From NCBI GenBank assembly GCA_030141605.1, contig JAQGDQ010000023.1, forward strand, positions 1,157,747 through 1,221,746: a stretch of 64,000 bases of DNA. Reading direction: 5' to 3'. A program made the position numbers and the translations under genes. A model generated the notes under the pieces. That model saw only the letters and a program-made list of their open reading frames with translations. It did no database searches and was not told where the DNA came from. This document shows positions 26,041 through 37,468 of this stretch, piece after piece. Numbering within the stretch: the first letter of the stretch is position 1; each line of letters starts with the position of its first letter. This stretch comes from Tubiluchus corallicola. Taxonomy: Eukaryota > Animalia > Priapulida.

Positions 26041-26750
26041 GAAGTAATCAGTCTCAGCAGCTTTGGGGGGCATCCAATTCTCTGCGGGAGTGTAAACAGG
26101 CCCGATCTGCTAACCAAATCAAATGCTTTGGTCAGGTCAATGAATGCCATAAACAGTCTTTGTTGTTCGCGGCTTTTTTCCTGGAGCTGTCTTAGAGAGA
26201 ATATCATGTCAATGGTGGATCTCTCTGCCCTGAAACCGCATTGTGCTTCTGGGTAAACCCGTTTGGCGAGACGGTGGAGTCTGGACTGAAGTGGCCTCTC
26301 CAGGGTGCACGCCTGGGCAAGGTATATGGAGATCCTGAGTTGCCCAGACATCAGGAACCCCTCTCTTCCTCCCTGGTGTAGTCCAAAGGAAAGCAGAGCG
26401 ATACGTTTGGCACCAGGTTGGCTGCAGGAGCTGCTGGAGTCAGTGAGCATGCTGCACTGGTCCGCCTTCGGGGCTCCACTCCTGATTTGGAAGGTTTACT
26501 CCTCTACACATGGCCGTTGGGTCACTTGACCTCCTTCGCCCTCTAGCCGTTGGCTGCTTGTGCAAGCATTTTTATCGGTCATAGCGCCAATAGCTCGCTT
26601 TCACACCTAGCTCATTTAGTAAAACCAGTGTCGCCACGAGGAGGCAGAGCGTAGGAGTTTGTCTGGCAGAGGTGGTAGAGTTGCACAAGCCTCTTGGAGC
26701 CACTTTGTAGGTCACTGGGAGCTCATCCCCAAGTGGCCAGCTCCGGCAAT
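26041..26750 (-). mobile_element. Internally deleted RTE/BovB-like LINE (5' UTR fused to an RT piece)
   Basis: PEAQCGFRAERSTIDMIFSLRQLQEKSREQQ..FIDLTKAFDLVSRSGL..GCPPKL. GC-rich 5' UTR at 26300-26750. Confidence 0.85.
26537..26716 (-). ncRNA. Candidate HDV-like self-cleaving ribozyme in the RTE 5' UTR
   Basis: Minus strand: P2 CGCUCU/AGGGCG, P3 GCC/GGC, L3 UCCUCGU, P1' GACACU followed by GG (P1.1), and J4/2 GCUAG with the catalytic C. The P1 5' strand is uncertain; AGUGAC at 26716-26711 pairs 5 of 6. Confidence 0.55.
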
Positions 26751-27882
26751 ACCAAGACCTTTAGACACCATTTTATAGATGTAATTTAATGTATATGCCA
26801 TATCCTAAGCGTCTGAAGGTTCTACATTTAAAGTCTTTAGAAGAGAGACGCATTCAAAAAGATTTAGCTTTATTCTACCAAATTCTTCATAGAGAAGTTG
26901 ATTTTGATTTTGTCAAATTTTTTACCAGAGTATCTTGCAATAGAACAAGACAAAGTCATTCTTTGAAGCTTTTCGTGCGTCGAACAGCTAAAGTATCATT
27001 TGGTCAATTTTTCTCAAATCATGTTGTACCGATTTGGAACTCATTGTCTGCATATATTGATGGTGCACCCTCGTAGCTGCACTAAATATTAAGTTGTTTA
27101 AAAGCCACTTATATAAAGTTAACTTGCATAAATTCCCTAAATGCATAAGTACACAATAGACACATGTAAGCAGTTAATCTCTTTGTGTCTTTACCACACT
27201 CTTGTAAATATTTTATTTGTATGTTTTTTGCCTATGTGTTTTATTCTTTTTTTTGTGTAGACTGTATTTTACTACTGGGTGTGAATAAAATAAAATAAAT
27301 AAGTAAAAGACTGTCAAATAAGTGGTGACATCAGGTTATAGCTGTTGTTAGTGGGCGCCAGGTGTCTTGGGTGCCGGTCAATTTTTATATGTGCTCCTAG
27401 ATTTTATTAATTTTAAATAGTTTTTATTTCATTAATTATCACGCGGATCATTGGGTAGTAAAATAGTGTACTCCTTTTGGTCTTATTTTCATTTTAAATT
27501 TATTTAATACAGAAATTTTACTCTGTTTTATACATATTTTAGTATCCAAGAATTTGTCTTCATTAAAGTTTTTGTTTGATGAATTGTAAGTTTGTTAACA
27601 GCTGTATTTTAAATTGAAATGTAACTTGGTTTGTTTATTTATTGTTCTCAATTTATGCTAGTAACTTCTTAATTGTAAAGCAGACATGGAGAGAATGAAA
27701 CTTTTTTATAAAAAAACATTTACCTACTTTTACTTACTTACCAAACAAGATCTCTAGAAATAAGAGGTATCAGTTTTGTACAAAAAACGAGCGAGCAAAA
27801 AGGGGGCAATTTTGGGGGGGTTTGCCCCTTTCCTCTTATTATAAAAATAAACCCGCAATGGCAAAGGACTGGATCGAGCTCT

Positions 27883-28745
27883 TTCATTTGATATGTGCTG
27901 CTGTCATGGGAGCTGTAGCCTTGCTCGAATCTTATATATATATATATATATATATTATATTATATATATATAAGATTCGAGCAAGGCTACAGCTCCCATG
28001 ACCTCGCCATATATCAAATGAAGGGTCATATATATATATGCTATCTAATACCACCGAAATTGATTATAAGACCAGCCAAGGCCGCGCAAGAATTTTGCAT
28101 ATAAATGTACTTACAGTTAGTAATGCCCGAGCGTTCTACATCGTGTTCAGCCGCTTTTGCTGAATTATATGCAGTGGATTGATGTCAGAACAATGCAATG
28201 CTTCAGCAGTTTTACAAGCGAAAAACTCGTAGAACTGTATATCTTCTCCCAATTCCACCAGATGCCGCTAGTACTTTTTTTACATGGTGTTCTGACAAAA
28301 TTTCCAAAAAATCAAGAGTTGGGCCTGGGGAAACGTCCGTTACGGGAAACCGTGGTTCTTCCGTTAATTCTAAATGCACCGACTACACCCATCGCTGAAC
28401 AGACTAACCAACCATTAGAAGCACCGGTTCGTTCCCGATCTTTGAAATAAGAGATATAAATTTTGCAAAAAACGGGCAAAAAGGCCATTTTAGGAGGTTT
28501 TTTTCTTCTACCCCCATTTCTCCCAATGGCCCCGATCCGAAAAATAAAAATCCAATAGTAAAGGACTGGATCGAAACTTTTCGTTTGATATATACATTGC
28601 CAATAATGCTGCCTTCACACAAGCTGTAGCCTCGAATCGTATTATATTATACATTGCCAATAATGCTGCCTTCACACAAGCTGTAGCCTCGAATCGTATT
28701 ATAAAGCCTTATACCACCGAAATTAATTATAAGACTAGCCAAGCC
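27883..28745. mobile_element. Cluster of ends of a non-autonomous element family associated with (TA)n, including a 32-bp perfect inverted repeat
   Basis: Arms at 27903-27934 and 27971-28002 surround (TA)n. A related end lies at 28561-28645. ATACCACCGAAATT.ATTATAAGAC.AGCCAAG occurs at 28048 and 28711. 57-bp tandem duplication at 28591-28703. Confidence 0.6.
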
Positions 28746-29219
28746 ACCAATCACACCATACCTCACCCACAACACCACAACACATGCACCCCACCAAACC
28801 CATTACATCATATGTAATGACGATGATCATGCTGATGGCGACGATGATGGCACCTGCAACGCCAACACCAACACCAACAGCACAGTATCATATACAAAAC
28901 GCATATTGGAACTGTGTGCCATCCACCAATTATCAATAATGCACAAATGCACAGACATTCTACACAGTTTTGCTTACCGTTTTTCTGATAATAAAAGGCT
29001 AACAGATATATCTTACGTGTACAATCTATAACACATTAGAATGGCGGGTGAAGACAATGCCTGGAACAGCCATGACATTTCTCATACTCAAAGACAATGG
29101 ATGTTTCAAATAGTGTGCAGCACTAGGGGGTTGAAAAAGAACTTCAAAATGCACCTTCCCGTTTCATTTAGTATGCATGTCTCCTAAGAAAACCTTTACG
29201 CCTTGTAAACCATTTCTTT

Positions 29220-30810
29220 CTTTTAGTCCAAATGACCTATGTGTCAAAGTAGTTTTGTGTCCAAATGTCTTATGTGTCCAAATTTTCTATGTGTTCAAAT
29301 GACCTATGTTTCCAAATTTCCTTGTGTCCAAAGCTCCTATGTGTTCAAATGTCCTAGGTTTCCAAATGTCCTTGTGTCCAAATGACCTAGGTGTCAAAAG
29401 TGCCTTGCGTCCAAATAACCTATGTGTCCAAATATCTTATGGCGAAATGTCTGCACAACCTTTCTGCCAATCAAAGTTAGATGGAAATAAAGTATGTTGT
29501 GAAAGGGTTGTCTTTGTTGTAAATACTAACTGAATCCGTCCATTTGGCAGCCACAGGACTCTCTTTTCCGGGAGGAAAAAACACCAGTGTTTGAGTCTTT
29601 TCAGAGACCAATTTGTTTCTGACATTTTAAAGTCATTTTTAAGACACAGGATCAAACAGGAGATTCAAATCTTTACTCTGATTATTTGGGATTGGGTAGA
29701 CTATTTTGAATATGACATCTGAAGTGTTTAGAGTTTTACGCAGTGTTTCATGTACTTGTCGATTTGCTGAATGATTACCAGACATTATAGCCACGCATTG
29801 TCCTCCCGCATTTTCGAAAATCTGCAAAGCTTGAAGTAAATTTGTATATAATACAGCTGCGGTTAGTTTGAATAGTGGAACAAAGCGCAGAACCTATTTT
29901 AGTTAATCTAAGTTTGTGCCGATTGTCCCATAAACTAATACTCTCCTAGTTTGGCCTCATCCTACCAATATAACTCCTCCAAAAAAACTTCTTATATCAG
30001 TGTCCGATATAACCGTGGCGAGAACGCCAAATTTTATTCATCATCTGGGGGCAACTGAGTCCGGGAAAATTCTTTATCGCATGATAAATACCCTGTATGA
30101 ACTAACTTGTAAAGAAAAATCTTTCAGTAAAACCTTTTTGTGCAGATGTTCATGATTTAGTCTTAATTGCTACCTACACAACTTAATCTATGTGTCACAC
30201 ACTTAAATGCACATTAGATTTCGGTTTTTGATTTAAAAGTTTTCAGCATTAAAAGTTGCAGCAAAAAATCTCGCTGTATCGGCTGCAATCGCCGCAGCTA
30301 CGGTGAAGCTACCGTTACCACATCCGGATATCCGCATACTATTAAAAAACCCCTTATATTTACATACTTGTGACCTGCAGACTGCAGTTACTGTTGGAGG
30401 AGGTGAATTCTAGTTAGCGAGAAAGGGATTTTTCAAAATAGATAATACGTCATCTGTTTAATCTATGGTTTTTAGTCAATAGAAACTCCTTCAATTTTGC
30501 AAAAAGTTGCTTAAATTCAGCCACTACAAGTACAAAGTAAGCTAAATAACCAAAGTTGCTAAATGATATGATCTCCTTGCGAATCTAAATGCGCTTTGGT
30601 GTCTAAAGACTTACTGTATCCAAATTATCTGCGTTTCTAAATATCCTGTGCAAAAAGCCTCTTGCGTCTGAACAGCTTACATGTCTATATAACTTGTCTC
30701 CTAATCACCTTGTATCCAAATGTTCAACGTGTCGAAATTACATTGTGTCCAAATGTCTTACTGTCTAAATTACTTTGTATCCAAATGTCCTATATGTCCA
30801 AATATATATA
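29220..30810 (-). mobile_element. Decayed P-element/THAP9-like transposase remnant flanked by arrays of ~19-bp TGTCCAAAT repeats
   Basis: Minus strand VAIMSGNHSANR..LNLLFDPV..NW resembles the P-transposase D(N)..N..FD..HL.K..RNN motif. TGTCCAAAT arrays at 29226-29435 and 30600-30805; another at 32060-32190. Confidence 0.5.
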
Positions 30811-31642
30811 ACTATCGTAGTGCAGGCGCTTGCGCGGCCCGTTCTGCACAACCTCTACCTTTATTCCAAAGTTACCAAACTAGTGTTGCATGTCACCCCT
30901 AAAAGTACCAGTAGTTCAAACCTAAGTCTTCTAAATTATTCTTTTACAAATATTTTGGCTTTTATTGGCTAAATCTTCACACCTTTTTGCTTTCAACCAA
31001 ACAAGTTTCATTTCGGCTGTATTTCTGACATGTACGCTAGTTTGGGGTAGGTTATAAAAGGAGGGTGAAAACCTGCTGTACTTTGGAGCTACAGTGGTAA
31101 TCGGGTTGTGCAGGGTTGGTGGTTCTTGTGCTTGTGTTTCTTCTATCAGATTTAGAGTTCTCCTACTACCCACTAAATGGCAAGTTAGGTATCAGTCTAT
31201 ATTTCTTCATTCTGTTTTTCGTTAATTTGTTTAAAATCTTGTCACAGCTAGTTTAGGCCTTGTGATATTTAAATCTCTTTCCAGTTAAATCTTCAGTGTT
31301 ATTTAATTCAGTTTTGTTTAATTGTGGTTATGTGGAAATGTAAAAGCATAAGAAAGTTAGAATATACAGAACCATATACAATAAAACTGTTCTTGATCTC
31401 TCTGTTCTGCATTTATGTAAAGGGTATTTTAGCTGGCGGCGAGTATACCATATCTATGAGTACGGGTATCTGGTAGTAGTGTGGATTACATTATTATGGT
31501 TTTTGAATTGCCAGGAGCCAACTTTTACAAGAATTTTCGCGACGAGTAAATAAAGTTTGAAGATTAGCCAAAATTACAGCATTTACTTGATTTTCATTTG
31601 GAAAAATCATTTTGAATGAGTTCTTTGAACAGTTCCTTACAA

Positions 31643-31865
<223 letters not shown>

Positions 31866-32464
31866 TCATACCTGATAAGTGTATTCAACAAATGTACATG
31901 GGCGTGGTACATTTTTATCGTATCATTAGGAGATTTCCCAGCTCTTTTAGTCACAAAAGATAAATTCTTTTACTTGCTTTACTGTACATTGAATGAATAT
32001 GGATGTTCCATGTTAAATCTTTAGTTATTTGTACACCCATAAGTTTAGCTAAATCACCATGTCCTGTGTCCAAATTACCTTGGGTCCAAATGTCCTATTG
32101 TCCAAATTACCCTGTGTCCAAATGTCCTATGTGTCCAAATGGCTTATGTGTCCCACAAACGGCCTGTGTCCAAAATTGTCTATGTCTAAAATGCTTGTGT
32201 AGAGATAGTCTGTATCAAAATCCCGTTTCCAAATCCCTGTAACCCTCATCACACAACTAACAGAAGCAAAAAAACTGAACAAATTCCAGCAGACAACAAA
32301 GCCATTGCGCCAACACGGCATCAGCTAAATCAAACTGTAGTGCACATAAATAAAAACGATATGAAAACTAATATCAATAACAAGTGATAGATTTGTTTTC
32401 AAGTTTTAACATAAGTTTCCATTATATTTTACAAATTGTGTGAACAATTTTTTGTTTGTTTTAG

Positions 32465-32860
32465 TAAAAACTGATGCTCTTTACAAGACAGAAAACGAAC
32501 AAGTTAAAAGGGAGAAAACACTTAATCCACGCAGTAAGTCTTATAGTGAACAGTCTATTGTCAAAGATATCAGTAAGGAAACAGGATTCCTTCGGAAAAG
32601 TTGTGTTAAACGAACTTCATACGAAGTTCAAGAACGAAATGAACATCAGTCAGGTGACAGCCAATTCATGAAAAATGAGTCGTTGCTATGTCCGAGAGGC
32701 AATAAAGATGAATATGTGCAAACTCGCCAGAGGAGCTCCTCAACTCCCGATGCTGCTCACAAGGCACAGAAAAGTTTACCGAAAAAGGAAATGCATGCTT
32801 GTACAACAAACTGGTCACATCCCAGAAGAAGAGGTAAAACTATCCTTGGTTATCCTGCAG
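32465..32860 (+). CDS. Shaw: Probable Shaw/Kv3 C-terminal exon (396 nt, phase 1-1)
   Basis: Acceptor tttgtttgttttag| and donor GCAG|gtaaac. G+TA joins the frame of ORF 32440-33087 (KTDALYKTENE...RQRSSSTPDA...GYPA). Confidence 0.7.
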
Positions 32861-33477
32861 GTAAACTCACCACAAAATCAATTATGATATTTACTTTTAG
32901 CAGTAATTTTTACAATACCACAATACCTGTCTTCGCTTACCAGCTAGTATTTTTTATGGTTTTTGAAATTGCGTTATTGGCATATATCGCGATAAGCATC
33001 TCTCATTCAGCATTATGTATAATAGCAACTAGTAGCCAATATTTAAATGCCTGTCTATTTGATAACAATCACTTTCACTATCTGTAAAATCACAGTAAAC
33101 AGTATGCTTAAATATTCATTCCAGCAAGCATATCCCTTATTATGACTTTTTTCAATTTTGAACGATAATGTTCCTAAGCGAGGTAATTGAGCGTCATGCT
33201 TGCGTCCAAAGAATTTAGTCAACGAAAAGCAACAATGATTTAACAACATTGCGCCAACATTTTGACTCAAATAACCCTTAAAGTATGAAGCTGTTTAGAC
33301 ACTAGAGGTTTTTTACGCAGGATATTTAGAAACTTAGATAATTTGGATACATTAAATGTTCAGGCAATAAAGCACTGTTTTGATTCAATCAAATTATTTA
33401 TCTAGAGCTACAGGCTGCTCTTTGAGATTAACCATTTTTTGCAATCGAGGAAACTTATTTTTCAATTTTGTTTACAG

Positions 33478-33596
33478 TTTTCAGTACGTCGAAAGGCCGG
33501 AGACTGGTGCGCGGAGACACCATAGTACCGCCACCTGACAGAACAGTAAAACACGTCAGAGCAAAATCTTCTTATGGAAGAGTTGATTATGTTTAG
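33478..33596 (+). CDS. Shaw: Probable terminal coding exon of Shaw/Kv3 (VFSTSKGRRLVRGDTIVPPPDRTVKHVRAKSSYGRVDYV*)
   Basis: Acceptor ttttgtttacag| in phase 1, open to TAG at 33594-33596. AATAAA at 34121. Confidence 0.6.
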
Positions 33597-34329
33597 TACA
33601 AAAATAGTTTAATCTGCTAGTACTTACAGTGTTTAGCAGAAAATGTGACTTTGTCGCTGTAGTATCCTTAGGAGCAATATTGTATTGTTGTTGTGTGAAA
33701 GAGTCGCCAATTATTGCTGAAAGGGGAGAATACAAACTTAGTTCTTCATGTAGTTGTGATTGTGTTAGCTTGTGGAAATGTTTATAGGATTTATTAATCT
33801 TCTTAAGCACTCAATCTTCTATCTCGTAAGCAATTGGTTGTGGACAATTATTGACATTAGAACGCTAAAAAGCCCCGCAAAGTTGCTAATCATCCTACAA
33901 GAAGTAACTAACGGCCTATTATGTTGTTTTTATAGCCAGATTCATTTTTAACTTGATTTTGTGACTGTTTTAATTAAATTAAATACTAAAAACGAAGGAT
34001 AGTAACAAATTTCTGTTTGCCTAAAATGATTATTAAATTTAATTATTTACCAGTATTTCATGTTCACAGTTGGTATAACTTAATTACGGGGATTACAATT
34101 TATGTATATAATATGTTTATAATAAAAGTTTTATAAGCATTAGTTTGCAATGTTGGTGAAAGTTATTTTACTTTAGTCACAAAATATCTGCTAAACTTAA
34201 TTACGTTTGACTTCTCACTTTAGCTACTGCAATTTCCTATTTTTACAATCAATTTTCTTCAATTCAATTCATTTCATCTCGCCAGGTAAACAACAGATGC
34301 TTTGACATCATGAAGTGCATAAATTAATA

Positions 34330-36900
34330 GTAGTTCTTAAAGCAAGTACAGACACAAATATTAATTTTAGCAGTGGATTAATAATGAAAATATATTTATT
34401 AATAACATTTTACGGAAACGTATGAAAGAATTATAATGGGTGTTAGTAATAATTCATAATTACGAAATAAACTGAACGGTAGGAAAAGAAATGAAAAATG
34501 TACACATATTCACAAGGCATTTGTGGAGGAGGCAACACTTGAATAGACTATATGGAGGTGTACGCTACATATATACAGATCAGAGCTAAAGTTTACCCTA
34601 GAGCGTAATTTGTTGAAAATGAAAACAAAAGCCGTGATGTAGTAACCAGTTATATTGTGTATGCAGTGATAGTTAAGTCTACATCGTGTATTATAATTAT
34701 GTATTTCAGCATTCAAACAAAAATAATCATTAAATAAGGGTGGCAATAGTTGAGTGAATTTTTACATGAAGATCGCAGTTTGGAACTTATTAATGTCATG
34801 AATATTTAGAAAATTTAGCCGTTTAAATATTGGTGGCGTGTGTGATCTCCGTATGGCTTGAAAAGGTTATTGCTCGCACTATTTTTTCTGAATCACTTGA
34901 TGTTTTTTCAATCTAGTCGTATACGTGCTCCCCAAGCAATGTTCAAATAATTAGCATTTGGTAAAAAAGCGAAGTGATTTGGACAATATGTGTTTAACAC
35001 TGTATATAATATCTACGATTTTGGAGATTTTACTTTTGGTAAACTTACGATGTTCTTGCCAAGTGTACAAGTACTTGGTTAATAGTATTTACCATTATTT
35101 CGTAATTTGAGTGACAATAGAAGACGTTGACATCATCAGCAAAGAAATTAATCAGCAGACCTAAAATTAATCTTTGGGAGACACCATAATTAATTTGCTT
35201 CATAGAATAAAGTGTATTATCTATTAGTACTAACTGCTTTCTGTTATGTAAAGTCAGACCCCTGATACCATAGTTGTTTAATTTAGCTAAGAGTATTTTA
35301 TGGTCAATAGTACCAAAGCCTTAGAAAAATCAATAAAGATACCAATTGTAAATTCATTGTTGTCAATTGCATTTAATATTAAGTCAATAAGTTTAAGTAA
35401 AGTCATTTAGGTATAGTGATTTTATCTAAAACATAGTTGCTTGAGATATAGTATATTGTTTTTATTGATGAAACTTAAAGGTCTATTACACACTAATCTT
35501 TCAGGAATTTTGGAAAACGGGGAAGAAATGAAATAGGTCTGTAATTTTGGAACTGGGGTTTATCACTTGTCATTACTAACTTGGATATTTTCAGAGGGCC
35601 TTGGTCTGTACCTGTCGAAAAAGAATTGGAAGCAACTGCATAGAACCCCTGCATCCATTTGGTAAATATGAGATCTTGTCTGCAAGAGATGATCCTACAT
35701 TTACAAAGTAGTTATTAACGCCGTCGGATAATTCTTTGATTTCATTGGATTGTGTTGTGAATGTTTGAAATGTGATTGTTCAATATGATATGAATCTTTT
35801 TATGTTTATGGCCATGGAAAAATTTTCCATGTTTTTCTTATATTATTCAGCTTTTTCGGCTTTTCTTAGGACTGACGTCAAATTATTCCTGTATGTTTTA
35901 TAAATGGCAATGCTGAGAAGAGTAGGGTTTTTTAATTTAAACTTATATAATTTATTTTTGTGTTTAATTGTCTGTACTAACCAACTTGTTAACCACGGCT
36001 TGTTTAATTATCCGTGGTTTTATTATTTTTGTGACTACTGGAAAGCTATTATGGTAAATATTGTATTAGTCTTCGAAGAACAATTGAAATACGGTGTCAG
36101 GATTCTGTATGTAAAAGACATAGGACCGGTCATGGGATGATAGTTTACACTGAAAGACTGCGATGGTGCTATTATTAAAGATTCCATATTTTGAAACTGT
36201 TGGTTTCGAATGAAGTGTTAATTTTAAAGTGGTTATTAAATAAACGGGAAAATGGTCAGATAAATCACTGCAGAGAATGTCAGAGGTTAAGTTATTGTTT
36301 AATACACAGTTTGTAAAAATATTATCGATTAAAGTTTATGCGTATAAGCAGTAATTTTTTCTGGTTTAGTAATTACGTGATACAATGGTTGATAAGCAGA
36401 CATTTGAGAAAAATTCAGTTCATTCATACAAGTCAAAGCTTAGCAAGTTCAAGTTGAAGTTGCCACAAGAAAAGGTGTTTGTTTTCATTCATTATTTTAG
36501 AAAGAAGATTACTTGAATCATCAAGGAATGCTGGGCTACTAGTTCCAAAAAGTCTGTATGATGCTTCAACTAAAATATTTTTGCATGTTCTTGAGTAATT
36601 TCAACAAACAATAATTCCTAGATTTGTTTACATAAACAGTATAAATCATTACGAAGTTTACTGTTTAGATCATCCTTCAGATACAAGGAAATCTCTCCAG
36701 CTGGTCTGTCTTTGCGTATTTATGAGTAATGATTGTAATGTTTTATTGAAAAGTGGTCTTTATTCTGTTCATTAAGCCAGGATTCTGTAAAGGATGGAAT
36801 CGAGAATCGTCCTATTCTCTTTAATTAAATCCCGAGCTAACTTTGGCGAAGATTTTACATAAGCCTATTTAACTACCTCTCCATTATGTTTTCCTAAAAT
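34330..36900 (-). mobile_element. Decayed near-full-length L2/Crack-type LINE ORF2
   Basis: Minus-strand remnants in order: endonuclease (TESWL, GNFNL, IDNIF), RT (NYRPIS, FIDFSKA, GVSQR, FADD) and C-terminus (PPLFNDYF...HNYNTR). Confidence 0.75.
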
Positions 36901-37098
36901 GTAATTAGTGTTGCTTTACTTATAAGCGTTTTTATATTGAAATTGTGTAAAATATTTGCATTCATCCCTATGCTCTTTACCAGGTAAACAACAAAATCTA
37001 AAATCTCGAGCAATGTCCTGCTCTCTAGACATAATACTAAATCAAACTTAATATATCTATATATATGCATATTGTACTGCAGGGCTGTGATCAGATAG

Positions 37099-37468
37099 TG
37101 TAATACTGGCAGGGGAATACAGCAGACTTCTCAGGTGTGCGTATGAACGTGGCTTTATCTAGCACATAGACTCTTATTCTGACCTTGTGTTAATAGGAGC
37201 CACTAGTCACGTGCACACCTGAGCTTATAAAAAGGGTAGGTCTGCTGTAGATCCTGGTCGGTGGTCGTCTCATCTCAGCTTTGTTCACACTTCAGGCTTT
37301 GCTCCATTCGGTAAGCTATTTGGAACATTCTTTTTTTTGGTAATAAATTGTCACTTTTATTTTTATTATTCATTTTGGTTTTGGTTTGGTTCATTACTTA
37401 AGACATGCCGCACGGTGTAGGCCGCGGTGCCATCCGTTCTGCCTCCATTAAAAGCGGAGAGCAGTCCA
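37099..37468 (+). repeat. 5' LTR of a Gypsy element
   Basis: TG...CA ends, TATAAAA at 37226, AATAAA at ~37342, immediately followed by a PBS. The 5' boundary is inferred because no second LTR is present. Confidence 0.6.

Larger units (their letters stand above)
25230..27303 (+). mobile_element. Decayed CR1 LINE (endonuclease piece, RT, 3' end), interrupted by an RTE fragment
   Basis: VTETRL endonuclease piece; SGVPRGSALG; ADDVKLY; IESVQ|insertion|..YPKRLKVLHLKSLEERR..FFSNHVVPIWNSL. A-rich (AATAA)n tail at ~27284-27303. Confidence 0.8.

Noticed and set aside
32861-33087. Hydrophobic, transmembrane-like read-through tail of ORF 32440-33087
   Set aside because: It lies after a good splice donor in T-rich intron sequence. 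Hydrophobicity follows from base composition, and nothing supports intron retention.
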